Shown piece after piece: positions 60,104-64,000 of a stretch of DNA of 64,000 nucleotides. The notes under the pieces were generated by a model. That model had not been told where the DNA came from. It saw only the letters and a list, made by a program, of their open reading frames with translations, and did no database searches. Source of the DNA: Bacteroidota bacterium (GTDB lineage Bacteria; Bacteroidota; Ignavibacteria; UBA10030; UBA6906); assembly GCA_031402435.1 (NCBI GenBank), contig JANNSJ010000058.1, forward strand, positions 65,588 through 129,587, read 5' to 3'. The position numbers and the translations under genes were made by a program. Numbering within the stretch: the first letter of the stretch is position 1; each line of letters begins with the position of its first letter.

Positions 60104-60864
60104 ATCTTGCGTTCTCGGATAGATTGATTTCCAGACTTGCCAGCGCTCGAAGCGTTGTAGCGTTCACAGGTGCAGGGATATCTGCGGAAAGTGGAGTTCC
60201 CACATTTCGTGGCAATGAAGGCCTCTGGAAGAAATTCAAGCCGGAGGAGCTTGCGAACCTTGATGCATTTATGAGAAACCCGGAGCTTGTCTGGGAATGG
60301 TATGCTGCACGGAAGAGGATCATTGCGGACATTGAACCGAACCCGGGTCATCATGCACTTGCCAAAATGGAGCAAATGTTTCCTCGTTTTACCGTTATCA
60401 CACAGAACATTGACAACCTTCACCGCCGCGCCGGCAGTAGAAATGTGTTTGAACTGCACGGCAACATCGAACGGAACTATTGTATGAAGTGTGGAATACC
60501 ATACACCAACCGGGAAATTCTCAGTCAAGCGGACGTGCCGCGATGTTTGAAGTGTAATGGCCTTATCCGGCCTGATGTTGTCTGGTTTGGCGAGATGCTG
60601 CCAGAGGATGAATGGGAGCAGTCAGTCCGTGCCGCTGAATCGGCGGACGTGTTCTTTTCCATCGGCACATCTGGTGTTGTCTATCCAGCCGCATCAATGC
60701 CGATCATGGCCAAACGTCAGGGAGCGTACGTTATCGAGATCAACCCCGAACCAACCCACTTGACCGATCAGGCAGATGAGTTTCTGACGGGTGCATCCGG
60801 AGCAATTCTACCGGAACTCTACTCGCGGCTTGTTGCCGAACGCCAACTACTACAATTGCCATAA
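60100..60864 (+). CDS. cobB: NAD-dependent protein deacylase, Sir2 family (CobB-like)
   Basis: Start at ATG 60100, giving an ATGA overlap with the acylase stop. GAGISAESGVPTFRG, catalytic QNIDNLH, and a Zn-binding CxxC...CxxC pair (CMKCG...CLKCNG). Confidence 0.85.
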   Translation: MNLAFSDRLISRLASARSVVAFTGAGISAESGVPTFRGNEGLWKKFKPEELANLDAFMRNPELVWEWYAARKRIIADIEPNPGHHALAKMEQMFPRFTVITQNIDNLHRRAGSRNVFELHGNIERNYCMKCGIPYTNREILSQADVPRCLKCNGLIRPDVVWFGEMLPEDEWEQSVRAAESADVFFSIGTSGVVYPAASMPIMAKRQGAYVIEINPEPTHLTDQADEFLTGASGAILPELYSRLVAERQLLQLP

Positions 60865-60876
60865 TACCGCACAAGG

Positions 60877-62316
60877 ATGGAAATCACTCGAAGCAAAGCA
60901 AAAATCGTCTGTACCCTCGGCCCGTCAACACACAGCGTTGAAATGCTTGTCAACCTTATCCACGCGGGAATGGACGTTGCACGGTTAAATTTTTCACACG
61001 GCAGCCACGAGGATCATTTGTCAACCCTGCAGAACGTGCGTGAAGCTGCAAGGCGTACCGGGTCAGAGTTGACAGTATTACAAGACCTTCAGGGCCCCAA
61101 GATCCGCATCGGTGACCTCAATGTTCCCTTTATTGAATTGAGATCGGGGGAACGGTTCATAATCACCACCGATGCGATCATCGGGGATGTGCAACGGGTG
61201 TCCACCACGCACATGAGTCTCACACAAGATGTGCAGCCGGGGGACAAAATTCTTCTTGATGACGGTAAACTGCGCCTGCGTGTTCTCGAAGTAAAGGGAA
61301 ACGATGTTGTGAGTGAGGTGGTGATTGGCGGGACCCTCTCGGCGCACAAAGGCATCAACCTGCCCGGCGTGTCCGTCAGTGCACCATCGTTTACAATAAA
61401 AGACCTACAGGATCTTGAGTTTGGATTGAAACACGACATCGACTACGTTGCGCTTTCATTTGTACGAACGGCCGACGACCTCAAAGAGCTCCGCAAAGTG
61501 ATCATTGAGCGCATTGAGAAAGGCCGCTTCCTCCCGATCATCGCAAAGATTGAGAAGCCCCAGGCCGTTACCAACATCGATGCAATCATTGCCGAGGCCG
61601 ATGGCATCATGATCGCCCGTGGCGACCTCGGTGTCGAGCTTCCTCCGGAGGACGTACCGGTTCTTCAGAAGATGATCATCAAGAAGTGCAACCAGGCAGG
61701 CAAGCCGGTGATCGTTGCAACGCAGATGCTGGAGTCGATGATCAGTAACCCGACACCGACTCGTGCCGAAGCAAGCGATGTTGCCAATGCCGTCCTGGAT
61801 GGTGGTGACGCGGTGATGCTCAGTGGTGAAACTTCGGTGGGCAAGTATCCCCTGGAATCCGTGCAGATCATGGATAGAATTATCAAGAAGGTGGAGTCGG
61901 AATATATCGGGCAGACCCGGGTAGTGGATCGCTCGCAAGGAACGGTGGAGAGCCGTCTTGATGCACTCGGGCGGGGGGCGTGTGTTCTTGCGGAGCAAAT
62001 GAATGCGGGTGCTATCGTTGTTGTTACGCGTTCAGGACAAACGGCAAAGGTCATTTCGCGCTACCGTCCCCGCCCGAGGATTATCGCAATCACCGACCGT
62101 CCTAAAATACTGCGTCGCATGAATCTTTTCTGGGGCATCCAGGGTGTTGTGATCGACGAGTTGGTGGGTGATTCGGACAAAGCGCTGCAGGATATTCAGG
62201 AGAAACTGATGAGCACAGGAATGGTCATGCCGGGGGAGTACGTTGTTGTTCTTGCCGGCCAACCTTTCTTTGGGCGCGGGTCAACAAATTTCATCAAGGT
62301 AGAGAAGGTGGTCTAA
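60877..62316 (+). CDS. pyk: Pyruvate kinase
   Basis: 479 aa. KIVCTLGPS, the ARGDLG motif region and MVARGDLGVE are canonical, plus a C-terminal regulatory domain. Confidence 0.9.
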   Translation: MEITRSKAKIVCTLGPSTHSVEMLVNLIHAGMDVARLNFSHGSHEDHLSTLQNVREAARRTGSELTVLQDLQGPKIRIGDLNVPFIELRSGERFIITTDAIIGDVQRVSTTHMSLTQDVQPGDKILLDDGKLRLRVLEVKGNDVVSEVVIGGTLSAHKGINLPGVSVSAPSFTIKDLQDLEFGLKHDIDYVALSFVRTADDLKELRKVIIERIEKGRFLPIIAKIEKPQAVTNIDAIIAEADGIMIARGDLGVELPPEDVPVLQKMIIKKCNQAGKPVIVATQMLESMISNPTPTRAEASDVANAVLDGGDAVMLSGETSVGKYPLESVQIMDRIIKKVESEYIGQTRVVDRSQGTVESRLDALGRGACVLAEQMNAGAIVVVTRSGQTAKVISRYRPRPRIIAITDRPKILRRMNLFWGIQGVVIDELVGDSDKALQDIQEKLMSTGMVMPGEYVVVLAGQPFFGRGSTNFIKVEKVV

Positions 62317-62366
62317 AGGGATTGTCCGTCTTTGTTTGACATCGAAACCCGTCACGCCCGGCGGGC

Positions 62367-62696
62367 TTACTTCTTTGCCGTCTGCCCCGCTTCGTGAATA
62401 TCGAACACACGATCAAGCATGGAAATCTTCAGCAGGGTTGAAACCTTCTTGTGAACGTTGATGAGTTTCACCTTCCCGCCATGTTCCTTCATTTTTCTGT
62501 CGGCAATGAGCAGGGCGCTCAGTCCACTGCTATCGCAGAAGTCGACATCAGAAAGATCGACGACAAGGTTTTCGACTTTGGGTTTGCATAGGAGAAGGAA
62601 CTCACCTTTTAACTCTGGTGAGATCGAGGAGTCAAGTTTCTTCTCCATCAGTTTCAGCGTGACAGACGCGCCTTTCTTGTGGGTTTCAAACTTCAT
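62367..62696 (-). CDS. STAS-domain anti-sigma factor antagonist (SpoIIAA-like)
   Basis: 109 aa. The conserved phosphorylatable Ser context DFCDSSGLSALL is typical of anti-anti-sigma factors. Confidence 0.75.
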   Translation of the reverse strand: MKFETHKKGASVTLKLMEKKLDSSISPELKGEFLLLCKPKVENLVVDLSDVDFCDSSGLSALLIADRKMKEHGGKVKLINVHKKVSTLLKISMLDRVFDIHEAGQTAKK

Positions 62697-62711
62697 ACGT
62701 TCTTCTCCATA

Positions 62712-63251
62712 TCAAAACTTCTGTAGACATTGCACGAGGCGGTCGTAAACGAGTTTCCGCCCGAGTGAGGGGTCCGGCCTTATCTGGAAATTATAAAACA
62801 CATCCGCCTGTTGATGCTCGAAGCCTACACGCACGGCGGCACCGCTTGCCTTACAAATATAGCCCGATGGGAGGACGAAGTCAAGGTTGAGATCAATGGC
62901 GAGATCATAACGCCTCTCGTTAATACTCTTGAGAAAGTCTGCACGCGGCTGAAAGAGGTATGACACCTGCGGTTTGAGCAGGTGAATGAACCTGCTGCGC
63001 GGCAGCATACGGATGACCTCCATGCCACGGTCGCCGGTAACGACCGTAATGTGTTCCTCCTTGAACTGTGTCTTCAACAGCTCCACAACCCTCACTGTAG
63101 ACAACACATCCTGTGCAGCCAGCGGCATGATGACGAGGGCCTGCCGTGCAGAGGAGATTGCCGAGGTGAATGAAATGATCTCATCCCGCGACTTCCGGAA
63201 TCGCCACTGCGCAAGGCGAATGCCGAGTGAATGTCGTGTTCTATCAAACAT
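62712..63251 (-). CDS. GT9-like N-terminal domain protein (truncated heptosyltransferase-like, putative)
   Basis: 179 aa. ALVIMPLAAQDVLSTVRVVELLKTQFKEEHITVV...RYDLAIDLN resembles the N-terminal Rossmann half of GT9 enzymes. The catalytic C-terminal half is absent. Confidence 0.3.
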   Translation of the reverse strand: MFDRTRHSLGIRLAQWRFRKSRDEIISFTSAISSARQALVIMPLAAQDVLSTVRVVELLKTQFKEEHITVVTGDRGMEVIRMLPRSRFIHLLKPQVSYLFQPRADFLKSINERRYDLAIDLNLDFVLPSGYICKASGAAVRVGFEHQQADVFYNFQIRPDPSLGRKLVYDRLVQCLQKF

Positions 63252-63255
63252 GCAG

Positions 63256-64000
<745 letters not shown>

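Noticed and set aside
62317-62366. Possible bidirectional terminator between the convergent pyk and STAS genes (gcccggcgggc)
   Set aside because: The palindrome has no loop and no adjacent T/A-run on either strand. It is too weak to call.

Overview
The window is a 64 kb chromosomal segment (about 52-55% GC) of a bacterium, probably from the Bacteroidetes/Chlorobi/Ignavibacteria (FCB) group. Evidence for that placement: a type IX secretion (Por) C-terminal sorting domain on a large BNR-repeat protein, a GT39-TPR membrane glycosyltransferase, a bactofilin/M23 peptidase pair, and an F-type ATP synthase operon (atpZ-atpI-atpBEFHAG) that lacks atpD/atpC. Most of the window is housekeeping genes, densely packed on both strands: tmk (3' end), ctp S41 protease, murA, eno, a phosphohexomutase, an ABC-F ATPase, rlmD, ffh-rpsP-rimM-trmD-rplS, recN, cysS, pyk, and ligA (3' end, running off the window). 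There are also cell-envelope genes: a GT9 heptosyltransferase, a GT4 glycosyltransferase, an O-antigen ligase, and outer-membrane beta-barrel proteins. The most notable feature is two paralogous N6/N4 DNA methyltransferase modules, each linked to a PD-(D/E)xK-like nuclease module, in two different architectures. One is a single fused 755-aa polypeptide (24914..27181, minus strand). The other is a split methylase gene plus separate nuclease gene (48656..51126, plus strand). The split copy lies in a clearly lower-GC (about 40%) island that sits between recN and cysS with overlapping start and stop codons. Other items worth a second look: an uncharacterised ORF translationally coupled to fumarylacetoacetase; a Tyr/Trp-rich lipoprotein with an RGG/Ser-rich tail flanked by two beta-barrel OMPs; a GalT/HIT-like nucleotidyltransferase next to the phosphohexomutase; and rimM, which has no canonical start codon and is in frame with rpsP. 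No rRNA, tRNA, CRISPR array or transposase was recognised.
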